From positions 3,623 through 65,876 of the forward strand of contig JAQVOJ010000003.1 in NCBI GenBank assembly GCA_028702675.1: DNA of 62,254 bases, written 5' to 3'. The translations under genes and the position numbers were made by a program. The notes under the pieces were generated by a model. That model was not told the DNA's origin. It saw only the letters and a program-made list of their open reading frames with translations, and searched no databases. This stretch comes from Bacteroidales bacterium (lineage in GTDB: Bacteria > Bacteroidota > Bacteroidia > Bacteroidales > ML635J-15). Below, one piece after another: positions 39,096 through 49,257 of this stretch. Each line of letters opens with the position of its first letter. Position 1 is the stretch's first letter.

Positions 39096-39527
39096 ATGAG
39101 TAGATTAATGGCACTTGATATTGGACAGAAGCGAACTGGTATTGCAATTACTGATGTTGAGCGAATAATTGCAACTGGTCTTACAACTGTGAAAACTAAG
39201 GATTTAGAAGCTTATTTAGCAGAATATTTAAGTAAAAATGATGTTGAAACTATTGTTGTAGGATTACCAATGCAGTTGAACAATACAGAATCGGAGTCGG
39301 TTAAATATATAAAGCCTCAATTTAATAGGTTAAGAAAGGTATTTAGTAATATTAGTTTTGTTTATTACGATGAGCGATTTACTTCAAAACTATCACATGA
39401 TGCAATGTTGATGGGAGGATTGAAAAAGAAAGCAAGACAAAACAAGGAACTTGTCGATCAAACTAGTGCTGTATTAATTTTGCAAGGGTATATGGATTAT
39501 ATAGAAAATGCAAATAAAAATAGTTAA
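39096..39527 (+). CDS. ruvX: Holliday junction resolvase-like RuvX (YqgF)
   Basis: LMALDIGQKRTGIA N-terminal motif, DERFTS motif, and the expected size. Confidence 0.9.
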   Translation: MSRLMALDIGQKRTGIAITDVERIIATGLTTVKTKDLEAYLAEYLSKNDVETIVVGLPMQLNNTESESVKYIKPQFNRLRKVFSNISFVYYDERFTSKLSHDAMLMGGLKKKARQNKELVDQTSAVLILQGYMDYIENANKNS

Positions 39528-39560
39528 TTTTGAGTAATTATTAATTCTTAATATCAAGTA

Positions 39561-40109
39561 ATGAAGTTGCCAATATATTTAATAGGACATCCTGTACTTA
39601 GAAAAAAGGCTGTTGAAATTGATAAAGATTATCCCAACTTAAAGGAGTTGATTGATAATATGTTTGAAACTATGTACGACGCTAATGGTGTGGGTTTAGC
39701 AGCTCCGCAAGTTGGAGTTTCTATAAGGCTATATGTTATTGATGCTAACCCTATGTCTAATGATTTTCCTGAATTGAAAGATTTCAAACGAATATTTATT
39801 AATCCCAAAATTATTGAACACAGTAAGGAAACCGAAGCCTACGAAGAGGGTTGTTTATCAATCCCTGGTATTAATGAATTTGTCAATAGATATGCTCAGG
39901 TTACAATGGAGTATTACGACGAAAATTGGAATTTTAAAACAGAAAAATTAGTCGGTTTTCAAGCAATAGTTGTACAGCACGAATACGACCATTTAGAAGG
40001 TGTTTTATTTACTGATAAAATTGCTTTGTTGCGTAAAAGATTGATAAAAGCCAAATTAAACGCAATAGCCAAAGGTAAAGTTTCTTGTTTCTATAAAACT
40101 GTTGTATAA
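39561..40109 (+). CDS. def: Peptide deformylase
   Basis: GVGLAAPQ, EGCLSIPG and HEYDHLEG motifs. Confidence 0.94.
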   Translation: MKLPIYLIGHPVLRKKAVEIDKDYPNLKELIDNMFETMYDANGVGLAAPQVGVSIRLYVIDANPMSNDFPELKDFKRIFINPKIIEHSKETEAYEEGCLSIPGINEFVNRYAQVTMEYYDENWNFKTEKLVGFQAIVVQHEYDHLEGVLFTDKIALLRKRLIKAKLNAIAKGKVSCFYKTVV

Positions 40110-40651
40110 TGAAGATATATTGTTTTATTGTAATCGTGTTTTTTGTCGTCTCTTGTAATAATAAGGGCACTGATACGCAAACCGAAGAAGTGTCAGAAAA
40201 AGTATCAAGTACTGAGCTTAGAGAAGAAATTAGTACATGCGAAGATGAATTGTTTAATCATATAGAAACCGACACTTCAACAGCTATTGAATTAATAGGG
40301 AAATATGTTTATTATGCAAATACTTTTAAACAAGATAGTATCACTCCAGAGTTTTTATTAAGAGCTTCTGAAATTGCCGCAAATATTGGTCAACCTCATA
40401 ATGCTATTAATTACCTAAATCGAATTGAGAATGATTATCCAGACTTTATTAGATATGGCTTCTCTCTTTATTATACTGCACACATATATGATTATTTTTT
40501 AAAGAATACTGAGAAAGCTGCTGAATATTATAATAAATTTATAAATGATTATCCAGAGCACCAATTGGCAAATGATGCCAAAATGATGTTAGAAATTATT
40601 TATTTGTCAGATGAAGATTTGATTAAGAAATTTGAATCATTAAACGAATAA
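40109..40651 (+). CDS. TPR-like lipoprotein, function unknown
   Basis: Lipobox VVSCNN. Helical repeat-like C-terminal part (YYNKFINDYPEH). ATAATG overlap with def. Confidence 0.6.
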   Translation: MKIYCFIVIVFFVVSCNNKGTDTQTEEVSEKVSSTELREEISTCEDELFNHIETDTSTAIELIGKYVYYANTFKQDSITPEFLLRASEIAANIGQPHNAINYLNRIENDYPDFIRYGFSLYYTAHIYDYFLKNTEKAAEYYNKFINDYPEHQLANDAKMMLEIIYLSDEDLIKKFESLNE

Positions 40652-40674
40652 AATTTTATTAATATATCCTATAA

Positions 40675-42810
40675 ATGGAAGTATTAGAGGATATAAAACA
40701 GCATCCAATTTTTAGGATACTCCTGCCTTTTGTATTAGGTATAGTCTTTTATTTTATTACTAAACCAATAATTCATAATTATGTAATTATCACAACTGTT
40801 TTTAGCTTAGTATTTATTATTGTTGTTTTTCATATTCTTGCAGGGAAGTATTGGAATTACCAATGGCTTTATGGTGCATTTATTTATTTAGCATTTTTTG
40901 TTTTTGGATTTATTATTAGTGTGCAGCAAGGTAAAACTTCTGATATTGGCATTAAAGGCGAAGCTAAAATATTAGGGACTGTAGAAAATGAACCCAAACT
41001 AAAAGAAAACTCTGTACAAACTCGTATAAGCATAGAAGCTTACGAGACTAATAACGAGTGGTATGCTACTACTGGTTTTATACAATTGTTTTTAGAAAAA
41101 ACAGATGAGGCTGCCGAATTGAAAGCCGGCGATCAGATAATATTTAGTCCCGATTTGCAACAATACGAAAATGCAGGTAATCCTTATGAGTTCGATTATG
41201 AAAAATATTTGTGGCAGCATTTAATCTCATATAGCGATTATTTAACCGGTAACGAATGGATAAAAACCGAAACTTATAAAAAATTTCATGTAAAACGATT
41301 TGCTCAAAACATTAGAAATAGCTTAATCAATATTTATCGTGAGAATGGATTAGAAGGCGACGAACTTGCTGTAGCTACCGCTTTAAGCTTAGGAAATAAA
41401 TCTAGCTTAAGCGATAATGTTCGTCAGTCTTATTCAATTAGTGGCGGGATGCATGTCTTGGCGGTATCGGGTTTACATGTTGGAATAGTATTTTTGGTAA
41501 TTAATAGCCTACTGGGTTTCCTCAAAAAGAAAAAGCATTTGTTGATAAAAACTGTATTGGTAATTCTTCTAATATGGTTTTATGCTTTGATTACCGGATT
41601 GTCTCCATCTGTTACAAGGGCATCCTTAATGTTCTCTTTATTTGCAATAGGTAAAGTTATGAAACGTAATCCAGGTTTTTTAAATATACTATCAACTTCT
41701 GCACTTATTAGTTTGATTATCAACCCGTTTGCAATTACTGAAATTGGTTTTCAACTATCTTATGCTGCTGTTGGGTCTATAGTTTTTTTCTATCCTAGAA
41801 TTTATAGTTTAATAACTGTTTCAAATAAAATTCTCGATAAATTATGGTCTCTTGTTGCTGTTTCGGTTGCTGCCCAAATTGGTACCTTGCCTCTAACTAT
41901 TTATTACTTTAATCAGTTTTCTAATTATTTTATTCTTACAAATATTTTATTAATTCCTTTGGTCAGTATTGCTATTTATTCTGCTATACTATTAATCGTG
42001 GTTTCTCCAATTGGGTTTTTGTCGGTATTTGTGGGCAAGATTTTTAATTTTATAATTTATTTAATGAATTCCGGTGTTTCTTTTATCGAGAGTTTACCGT
42101 GGAGTGCAAGTACAATTTATATTGATAGGTTTCAATTTGTTTTACTTATAGCAATCATACTATTAGTTGTTTTTATCCTTGAGTATCGAAAAAATAAATT
42201 ATTTATACCTGCTTTGTTTTGTTTGATCTGTTTCATGGGTAACGCATTGATAAATAAAATTGAAAGTATTAATCAACGCGATATTGTTGTTTATAATATA
42301 CGCAATACTTCGGTAATCAACTTTATTGATGCACGTGATAATATTATTGTAACAGGTGTTAATAGTAATCTTTCTGACGGAAAGAATAAAACATTTGCAA
42401 AGTATCATCTGAGGCGTGGTCTTAACGAGGAGAAAATTGTATTTATTGAGCATTTGAATCCAGATTATATTTTACGAAATATTATATCAATAAATAATCC
42501 TCATGTTTTTCTAAAAAATGGTTTAATCGGATTTCATAATTTGCGTTTGGCACTTGTAGGGGATAAGCTCAAATATCCCAAAAACCCATCAGTAAAACTG
42601 AATGTAGATTATGTAATAGTTACGGGCTACAAGGGGGTCTCGTTCAATGAGTTGTTAGGAAGTTTTAATTTTAATAGTGTAATAATTGATAGTTCTGTTG
42701 CCGATTATTACGCTGAAAATATTACTCAGCAATTACTGTTAGCAGGTTATAATGTATTCAATGTTAAAGAATCAGGAGCTTTTATTCATTCTATCGAAAA
42801 TGAAATTTAA
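40675..42810 (+). CDS. comEC: ComEC/Rec2 family competence protein
   Basis: N-terminal DUF4131-like OB region, then the polytopic competence domain (GGMHVLAVSGLHVGIV...SPSVTRA). Confidence 0.88.
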   Translation: MEVLEDIKQHPIFRILLPFVLGIVFYFITKPIIHNYVIITTVFSLVFIIVVFHILAGKYWNYQWLYGAFIYLAFFVFGFIISVQQGKTSDIGIKGEAKILGTVENEPKLKENSVQTRISIEAYETNNEWYATTGFIQLFLEKTDEAAELKAGDQIIFSPDLQQYENAGNPYEFDYEKYLWQHLISYSDYLTGNEWIKTETYKKFHVKRFAQNIRNSLINIYRENGLEGDELAVATALSLGNKSSLSDNVRQSYSISGGMHVLAVSGLHVGIVFLVINSLLGFLKKKKHLLIKTVLVILLIWFYALITGLSPSVTRASLMFSLFAIGKVMKRNPGFLNILSTSALISLIINPFAITEIGFQLSYAAVGSIVFFYPRIYSLITVSNKILDKLWSLVAVSVAAQIGTLPLTIYYFNQFSNYFILTNILLIPLVSIAIYSAILLIVVSPIGFLSVFVGKIFNFIIYLMNSGVSFIESLPWSASTIYIDRFQFVLLIAIILLVVFILEYRKNKLFIPALFCLICFMGNALINKIESINQRDIVVYNIRNTSVINFIDARDNIIVTGVNSNLSDGKNKTFAKYHLRRGLNEEKIVFIEHLNPDYILRNIISINNPHVFLKNGLIGFHNLRLALVGDKLKYPKNPSVKLNVDYVIVTGYKGVSFNELLGSFNFNSVIIDSSVADYYAENITQQLLLAGYNVFNVKESGAFIHSIENEI

Positions 42811-42850
42811 ATTATTAATATTGCAAAATAATTAGATAAAATAAAATTGC

Positions 42851-44191
42851 ATGAAAATAGTGATAGCCGGTGCCGGCGAAGTTGGTAAATATCTTGCCCG
42901 AATGCTTATAAAGGAGTATCATGATATTGTTGTGATTGATACAGATGAGCGAGGATTACAATATGTTGAATCTTCGCTTGATTTGATGACAATTAAAGGT
43001 TCATGCTCATCAATAAGTACACTAATAGAGGCTGGTGTAGGAAAAGCTGATTTATTTATTGCTGTTACAGTTTCAGAAGAAATCAATATTCTTGCTTCGG
43101 TATTTGCTAAAAAACTCGGAGCAAAAAAGACGGTTGCCAGGGTTGATAATATGGAATATATAGAGCCTAAAAATAAACCATATATGTTGGGATTAGGTGT
43201 AGATAGGTTAATATTCCCCGAATATATTGCAGCACGAGAAGTTGTTGGCTTATTAAAGCAAACCGGAACAAACGAAATTTTTGAGTTCTCGGGGGGTAAA
43301 TTAACACTTTTTGTTATTAGATTATCAGAAAATGCTCCAATTAAAGGGATGAGTCTTAGAGAAGCTGCAAAAGTTATAAATAATACTAATTTTAGGGCAG
43401 TAGCTGTATCTCGCAATGATGTTACCATAATCCCTAAAGGCAATGATGTATTACAAGTAGATGATTTAGTGTACATAATAACGAACCCTGCAGGAATAAA
43501 AAGTTTAATTAAATACTCTGGTAAAGAAAATTTTGATATTCATAATGTTATGATTTTAGGTGCCAGCCGTATTGGTAAAAAGGTAGCTCGTAGCATCGAG
43601 AACTATCTTAATGCTAAGCTTATCGAAATAGATACCGATAAAAGTGAATTAATAGCTAATGAGTTAAGTAAAACTTTAGTAATTAATGGAGATGGTCGTG
43701 ATATTGAGATGCTCAAGTACGAAGGGCTTGAAAAGATGGATGCTTTTATTGCCGTAACGGGTAATTCCGAAACCAATATCTTATCATGTATTATGGCTAA
43801 ACGCGCAGGTGTGAAGCGCACTATTGCCGAAATTGAAAACATGGAATATATCGACTTGGCAAATCAAATGGGTATTGATACGATTATAAATAAGAAGCTT
43901 AGTGCGGCAAGTAGAATTTATACCTTTACAATGAAAGCAGAAGTAGCTTCAATAAAATGTCTTACCGGTTCAGAAGCCGAAGTGATGGAATTTGTCGTTC
44001 AAAACAATGCTATAATTACTTCTGATATCCTTAAAAATGTTGATTTCCCAAAAGGAGCAATTATTGGTGGGGTAGTGAGAGGTAATAAAAGCTTTATAGC
44101 TACAGGAGATACTCATATAAAAGCTCAAGATAAAGTTGTTGTTTTTGCTCTACCAGAGGCTATTTTTAAAATTGAAAACTATTTTAATTAA
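42851..44191 (+). CDS. trkA: Trk potassium uptake system protein TrkA (two RCK units)
   Basis: Two Rossmann GxGxxG motifs (IAGAGEVG, ILGASRIG) in a duplicated NAD-binding/RCK-C architecture. Confidence 0.9.
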   Translation: MKIVIAGAGEVGKYLARMLIKEYHDIVVIDTDERGLQYVESSLDLMTIKGSCSSISTLIEAGVGKADLFIAVTVSEEINILASVFAKKLGAKKTVARVDNMEYIEPKNKPYMLGLGVDRLIFPEYIAAREVVGLLKQTGTNEIFEFSGGKLTLFVIRLSENAPIKGMSLREAAKVINNTNFRAVAVSRNDVTIIPKGNDVLQVDDLVYIITNPAGIKSLIKYSGKENFDIHNVMILGASRIGKKVARSIENYLNAKLIEIDTDKSELIANELSKTLVINGDGRDIEMLKYEGLEKMDAFIAVTGNSETNILSCIMAKRAGVKRTIAEIENMEYIDLANQMGIDTIINKKLSAASRIYTFTMKAEVASIKCLTGSEAEVMEFVVQNNAIITSDILKNVDFPKGAIIGGVVRGNKSFIATGDTHIKAQDKVVVFALPEAIFKIENYFN

Positions 44192-44937
44192 TTAGATTGT
44201 AAAAGTGCAGCGTTTATACTTGCAGGAAATAATTTATAACATACACTTGTTTCCAAAAAAGTATTATTTACCGGATGCTTAAATAGAGTGAAACTATCAA
44301 CAAATACAGATTCTAATCCATAACTCACACGAAATCCAATTTCTATATGTTTAAGCATTTGATATCTCAATCCTGCTTTAAAACCATAATCCCATGTCCT
44401 CATATTGCTTGCATAATCAAGAGTTTCCTCAATAATACTAGGATCGAAGCCAACTCTGCCTATACCCGTAGCTGTAGTATTACTATGATGTAACCATGCC
44501 GAAAAAACGCCTAATGCTAAATCAAGTTTCTCTGTAAGCTTAAAGTTGTGAATAAGGCTTTGTTCAATATAATAATTGTCAAATGCACCTTTTGCTTCCC
44601 CAGTAAAAAATGTTTCGATCTCGAAAACTATGTCCGGAAAGGCGGGGTGTTGCATCCTATCAATGTATTCAACGCTATCAAGTGGTGTAAAAAAATCGCA
44701 TGCTTTTCGCATCATACTAACTTCAAACTGTATTGAGTACCAGTCGTTTAACTCAGTTTCTATAACTATGCCAATATTTCTTCCTATTATTGGATTACCC
44801 TTGGCATCATCCGGAATATTGCCGAAAGGAATAGGAGAACCAATATTAACTCCTAGTCTTGGTCCGATAGCAAAACTTTGAGCAAAACACGGAGAGACTA
44901 AAAATAAAACTATTATATATAATAAAGCTTTTTTCAT
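44188..44937 (-). CDS. Outer-membrane beta-barrel protein (porin-family fold), function unknown
   Basis: Signal peptide MKKALLYIIVLFLVSPCFAQ (ATG at 44937 preferred over TTG at 44958) and an alternating amphipathic beta-strand pattern. Its stop overlaps the trkA stop (convergent, TTAA core). Confidence 0.6.
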   Translation of the reverse strand: MKKALLYIIVLFLVSPCFAQSFAIGPRLGVNIGSPIPFGNIPDDAKGNPIIGRNIGIVIETELNDWYSIQFEVSMMRKACDFFTPLDSVEYIDRMQHPAFPDIVFEIETFFTGEAKGAFDNYYIEQSLIHNFKLTEKLDLALGVFSAWLHHSNTTATGIGRVGFDPSIIEETLDYASNMRTWDYGFKAGLRYQMLKHIEIGFRVSYGLESVFVDSFTLFKHPVNNTFLETSVCYKLFPASINAALLQSN

Positions 44938-44973
44938 TATAATATACGGTATTTTCAATTTAATTCATATGAA

Positions 44974-45912
44974 TTACCTTATTAGTATTTTTTTTGTGAT
45001 TGTATTGTGATTATTTTCTCTTAACGAACAAATGTATATTCCCGAATGTAATGAAGGAAGATTTATCTCTGAAAAATAATCACTAAGCTTTGTTGAAAAT
45101 ACTTTTTTACCTGTAATATCATATAAATTAATAATTGCCATATCGGGAGTGTTCTTCTGAACTCTTAATATAGAGTTATTGTAGTAAATCTTTATTTCAG
45201 GTTCAAGATTATTGTTATCTACCGGGCTAAAATCATAAAATAGGCTTAAATTATCAGCATATAATGTACTCCCAATTCCACCAATGAATTGGTCGCCTAG
45301 TTTACTTGATGTTAGTACAATTGATATACTATCAGGAATGTCTGAACTAAAATATTCAAACTCTAAGTCAAAATATGTATATTCGGCTACTGTTTGATGT
45401 TGATATAATTCTGCTTTTGCAATTTCAACACGTTGGGTACCATTCCATTTGCTTAGTATGGCGTATATTGCACAAGTATCGGGTGAACCACTAATATCTC
45501 CGGGTGTGTATTTATAATAACCTCTAAAGGCATCCGGTGTTCCGGTAAAGGGTACTCCAAATAATGCTTGTGAATTAAACATGTCTGCAATAAAGTGACC
45601 TGTAAAAATATTACCGGCTGCGGGTTGTCCAAAAATGCTTTTTGTTTCCATTCTAACAGCATAACTCCCGTTTACTGCATCTTCTGTGCGCTCTGTTGGA
45701 AAAACATTTGGGATTTCGGATGCAGAATTCCCTGTTTCCCATGTGTTCCAGTTACCATCTGAATTGGGCTCCCAATAGAAATTACCGGGATAAATTATAC
45801 TATAATGGTTTTCGTACCAGTTCTCAAAATCCATATTTGGGAGGTCTGTTTGCGATATAGCTAGAACAGGTAATAATAATAATAAGCTTAGAGCAGTAAA
45901 AATCTTTTCCAT
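44974..45912 (-). CDS. PCMD-like domain protein with a T9SS type A CTD
   Basis: Signal peptide ...LAISQ, N-terminal DFENW motif, and a C-terminal roughly 80-aa CTD (INLYDITGKKVF...GIYICSL...KKILIR). Confidence 0.6.
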   Translation of the reverse strand: MEKIFTALSLLLLLPVLAISQTDLPNMDFENWYENHYSIIYPGNFYWEPNSDGNWNTWETGNSASEIPNVFPTERTEDAVNGSYAVRMETKSIFGQPAAGNIFTGHFIADMFNSQALFGVPFTGTPDAFRGYYKYTPGDISGSPDTCAIYAILSKWNGTQRVEIAKAELYQHQTVAEYTYFDLEFEYFSSDIPDSISIVLTSSKLGDQFIGGIGSTLYADNLSLFYDFSPVDNNNLEPEIKIYYNNSILRVQKNTPDMAIINLYDITGKKVFSTKLSDYFSEINLPSLHSGIYICSLRENNHNTITKKILIR

Positions 45913-45984
45913 TTTCGTAATTTTAATTAGTATGAATTAAAAACTGGATAAAAATAAGAAAAAGTTTAGAAAACTCTGAAAAAT

Positions 45985-47277
45985 TTAAAGGAAATCTGTG
46001 CATTTCTCTAGTTGTATTCCTCTTGAACCTTTTATTAATATAGTTTTTCCACACAAAGGGTGTTTTAAAAAATATTGTGAAAGCTCTTTAGCTGTATTAA
46101 AATAAATGAATGGGTATTTTTCTTTAAATTTTGCAAAGATATTTCCCACCAAAAAAACTTCTTCGTAACCAGAATCATTAATTAGTTTTAGTATTTTTTC
46201 ATGCTCATATTCACTATCTGCACCTAATTCAAGCATATCACCCAGTACTAGAGCTTTTTTTGCGTCAGAGTTTTTATTGAATGTTACAATAGCAGCTTCC
46301 ATACTTGTTGGGTTTGCATTGTACAAATCCATAATTAAAATATTTCGCATCCCGCGTACAAGTTGTGATCTATTGTTGCGTGGTAAATATGTATCAAGAG
46401 TTTTATCGATTATTGAGGGGGCAATGTTAAAATGGTTTGCGATTGTAACAGCGGCTAATATATTTTCAAAATTATAATCTCCAATAAGGTTTGAATAAGC
46501 ACTTCCAGAATTGTTTTGACATGACCAATTAATACCAACATACATCTCTTTATGTAAGATATTGCCGTAACAGTAACAGTCGGGGGTAGTGCCATAATCA
46601 ATGTAAGAATACGAACCAATCATCTTTTTTAGAGTTTTGTTGTCTTTGTTTAAAAAAACAACACCTTTTGTAGATTCTAGATACTCATATAATTCAGCTT
46701 TGGCATTTTGGATATTCTCTAAAGAGCCAAAACCTTTAAGATGAGCTTTGCCAATATTTGTTATTAGTCCATAATTTGGAGCACATATTTTGCAAAGTTC
46801 GGCAATTTCGCCAAGGCTACTAGCGCCTAATTCTACAATTCCATAATCAATGGTATTGTTCATTCTAAGTAAAGTTAAAGGAACACCAATATGATTATTG
46901 AGATTCCCTTTTGTGGCAGCTACTCTATATTTCTGAGCAAGAATGGTAGCTACTAATTCTTTTGTAGTGGTTTTTCCATTTGTCCCTGTTATAGCTATTA
47001 TAGGTATATTTAATTTTTTCCTATGATGATGAGCTAATTGTTGAAGTGTTTTTAATACATCATCTACTAGAATACAAGAATTAGTGTTCTTTAGATTTTT
47101 ATCGTCAACTATTGCATATTTACAACCTTTTTCAAGAGCATCAATTGCATGACTATTTCCGTCGAAGTTCTCTCCTTTTAGAGCGAAGAATAATGTATTT
47201 TTTGTAACGCGTCTGCTGTCCGTACAAACTCCTGCGGAATCAATAAACAAATTATATAATTGTTCAATGTTAGTCAT
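45985..47277 (-). CDS. murF: UDP-N-acetylmuramoyl-tripeptide--D-alanyl-D-alanine ligase
   Basis: DSRRV, ITGTNGKTTTKE and Mur ligase middle/C-terminal motifs. ATG at 47277 is chosen; the longer ORF would overlap gldJ. Confidence 0.92.
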   Translation of the reverse strand: MTNIEQLYNLFIDSAGVCTDSRRVTKNTLFFALKGENFDGNSHAIDALEKGCKYAIVDDKNLKNTNSCILVDDVLKTLQQLAHHHRKKLNIPIIAITGTNGKTTTKELVATILAQKYRVAATKGNLNNHIGVPLTLLRMNNTIDYGIVELGASSLGEIAELCKICAPNYGLITNIGKAHLKGFGSLENIQNAKAELYEYLESTKGVVFLNKDNKTLKKMIGSYSYIDYGTTPDCYCYGNILHKEMYVGINWSCQNNSGSAYSNLIGDYNFENILAAVTIANHFNIAPSIIDKTLDTYLPRNNRSQLVRGMRNILIMDLYNANPTSMEAAIVTFNKNSDAKKALVLGDMLELGADSEYEHEKILKLINDSGYEEVFLVGNIFAKFKEKYPFIYFNTAKELSQYFLKHPLCGKTILIKGSRGIQLEKCTDFL

Positions 47278-47324
47278 TATTGTATTAAAAAAAAGCCCCA
47301 ATATAGGGGCAAAAACAGTAATAT

Positions 47325-49220
47325 TTATTCGCTTTGGACAGGAGCACCAACTCTTGTCATTGCACATCTGAAGCCAAGGTCTGAACGACCCATTTTTTCA
47401 TCTAAGAATCTTCTTGTTCCTGGAACTAGCCAATAAGCTCTATCCTTCCATGAACCTCCTTTAAAAACACGACTCCTGTCTGTTATTAAAGATTTCATTC
47501 CTTCTCCTTTATTTTCTTTTGGATTATCTGGATCGTATATTCCATCACCCCAAGTGCCTTCGCCCCAAGTACCGTCGTCATACATTTTGTCGGTAGTATT
47601 AAATATTTTATCAGGGTAAATTACTGTCCCGTCTGTTAGACTTATTACGCCTCCTTGTGAAATTATTGTTCCATCTTGTAGTTGAATTTCACCTGATTCT
47701 AATATTGTATGATCTTCAGGAAGATTGTATGTTTTTTCTTTTAGATTAATTTCAATATTATTAGGTAATAATACTGTATTATCTGAAAATACAGAATTGT
47801 CTGGAAAGATAGTCAAATCAATTTTAAGTTTAGCAGTATCATTAGACGTTTGGTGTGTGAAATTACCATCTGAATTCCAACCATCAGAAGTTTGTCCAGG
47901 AATTAGAGACTCTAAATCACCATCTAGATAATTTATATTATCGGCAGTAGTATAGTTTTCTCTATTAAAACAATGTTCATCATTTACAGGTTTACGTAGT
48001 ATTTTACCACTATATTCAAAATAATTTTCTGCTTCACGTGTAAGTTCTATCATTCCATCATTAGGATCGATTGCTATTTCATACTGAGTAAATACATTAC
48101 CTCTATAAGGTCTGAATTCTTCCATATCACCAAATGTCATATCACGATATACATCCATAACCCATTCGTTTACATTACCTGCCATACAATATAAACCATA
48201 TTCATTGGGCCAGTAACTGCGTACAGGTGCTGTAATATCTGCTTTATCGTTTAGTGCACCTGCAACACCCATATAGTCGCCACGTCCTCTAACAGTATTA
48301 GCTAGAATTTGTCCTTGTTCTTTACTGCTAGGGTCTTTTCTTATATAATGTCCATCCCATGGATATAATCTGCGGTTATATATACGTTCTCTGTAATGAT
48401 TTCCGATATGAGCTAGAGCAGCATACTCCCATTCTGCTTCGGTTGGGAGTCGATAGCGAGGAAGAAAAATACCATCTTCAATTTGAATTGGTCTCCGATT
48501 TTTCACTCTTTTTGCTTGCGGATCGGGATTGTATAAATCCTCAACAAGTCCGTCGCGGTCTGATTCTCCAACAGCAGCATTAATTACTGGTGATGCAGTT
48601 GGGTAAACTAAATAAACATCAGTATTAAAATTGTTTATTGCACCGTCTAATGGAGCTCTATAATCATCAATAATACCTTCACGAACTAAAATTAATTCAT
48701 TTACGCGATCTGTTCTCCATTCACAATATTTGGAAGCTTGTACCCAGCTTACACCAACAACCGGATATTCTTCATATGCAGGGTGTCGTAAATAAAGTTC
48801 TACCATTGGTTCGTTGTATGCCATTCTTTCTCGCCAAACTAATGTGTCGGGAAGAGCTTGTCTGTATAAAAAATTATAATCAATAGAATATACATGACGT
48901 AGCCAATACAAATATTCTCTGTAATCAATATTCCTAATTTCAGTTTCGTCCATATAGAATGAAGAAACACTTATCCTTTTTGGAGCATTATTCCAGTCGT
49001 ATAATACATCTTGTTCAACACGCCCCATAGCAAAAGTCCCTCCTTCGATAAAGACAAGTCCAGGACCTGTTTCTTGCTCATAACCCGGATGATTTTGAAA
49101 TCCTCCAAACTTTGGGTCATTATAATTCCAACCGGTTGTATTTGAAGCTTCTCTTTTACAAGAAGACATGGCTAATAATCCAGCCAGAAGTAAAGTTAAA
49201 TGTAGCAACTTAGGTTTCAT
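47325..49220 (-). CDS. gldJ: Gliding motility / T9SS lipoprotein GldJ (FGE-sulfatase/SUMF1 fold)
   Basis: Lipobox LAMSSC. N-terminus TTGWNYNDPKFGGF. SUMF1-like motifs (GGSWKD, GFRCA). The conserved gldJ-murF adjacency is present. Confidence 0.88.
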   Translation of the reverse strand: MKPKLLHLTLLLAGLLAMSSCKREASNTTGWNYNDPKFGGFQNHPGYEQETGPGLVFIEGGTFAMGRVEQDVLYDWNNAPKRISVSSFYMDETEIRNIDYREYLYWLRHVYSIDYNFLYRQALPDTLVWRERMAYNEPMVELYLRHPAYEEYPVVGVSWVQASKYCEWRTDRVNELILVREGIIDDYRAPLDGAINNFNTDVYLVYPTASPVINAAVGESDRDGLVEDLYNPDPQAKRVKNRRPIQIEDGIFLPRYRLPTEAEWEYAALAHIGNHYRERIYNRRLYPWDGHYIRKDPSSKEQGQILANTVRGRGDYMGVAGALNDKADITAPVRSYWPNEYGLYCMAGNVNEWVMDVYRDMTFGDMEEFRPYRGNVFTQYEIAIDPNDGMIELTREAENYFEYSGKILRKPVNDEHCFNRENYTTADNINYLDGDLESLIPGQTSDGWNSDGNFTHQTSNDTAKLKIDLTIFPDNSVFSDNTVLLPNNIEINLKEKTYNLPEDHTILESGEIQLQDGTIISQGGVISLTDGTVIYPDKIFNTTDKMYDDGTWGEGTWGDGIYDPDNPKENKGEGMKSLITDRSRVFKGGSWKDRAYWLVPGTRRFLDEKMGRSDLGFRCAMTRVGAPVQSE

Positions 49221-49257
49221 ATCTTAATAATTTATGATATTTATACTTTATATATAA

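Noticed and set aside
42919-43476. 185-aa minus-strand ORF inside trkA, and similar long antisense ORFs (5042-5455, 15922-16413, 36097-36462, 57606-57977, 60118-60486, 44576-44881, 59334-59639, 59930-60232).
   Set aside because: All are fully embedded opposite strongly recognisable genes. Their composition is biased (Ser/Leu/Ile/Phe-rich) and they lack motifs, which is typical of antisense shadow frames.
44188-44191. Convergent trkA and beta-barrel genes overlap at their stop codons (TTAA core), with no terminator between them.
   Set aside because: This is a real observation but a common consequence of compact genomes. No further structure or signal was seen to make it noteworthy.
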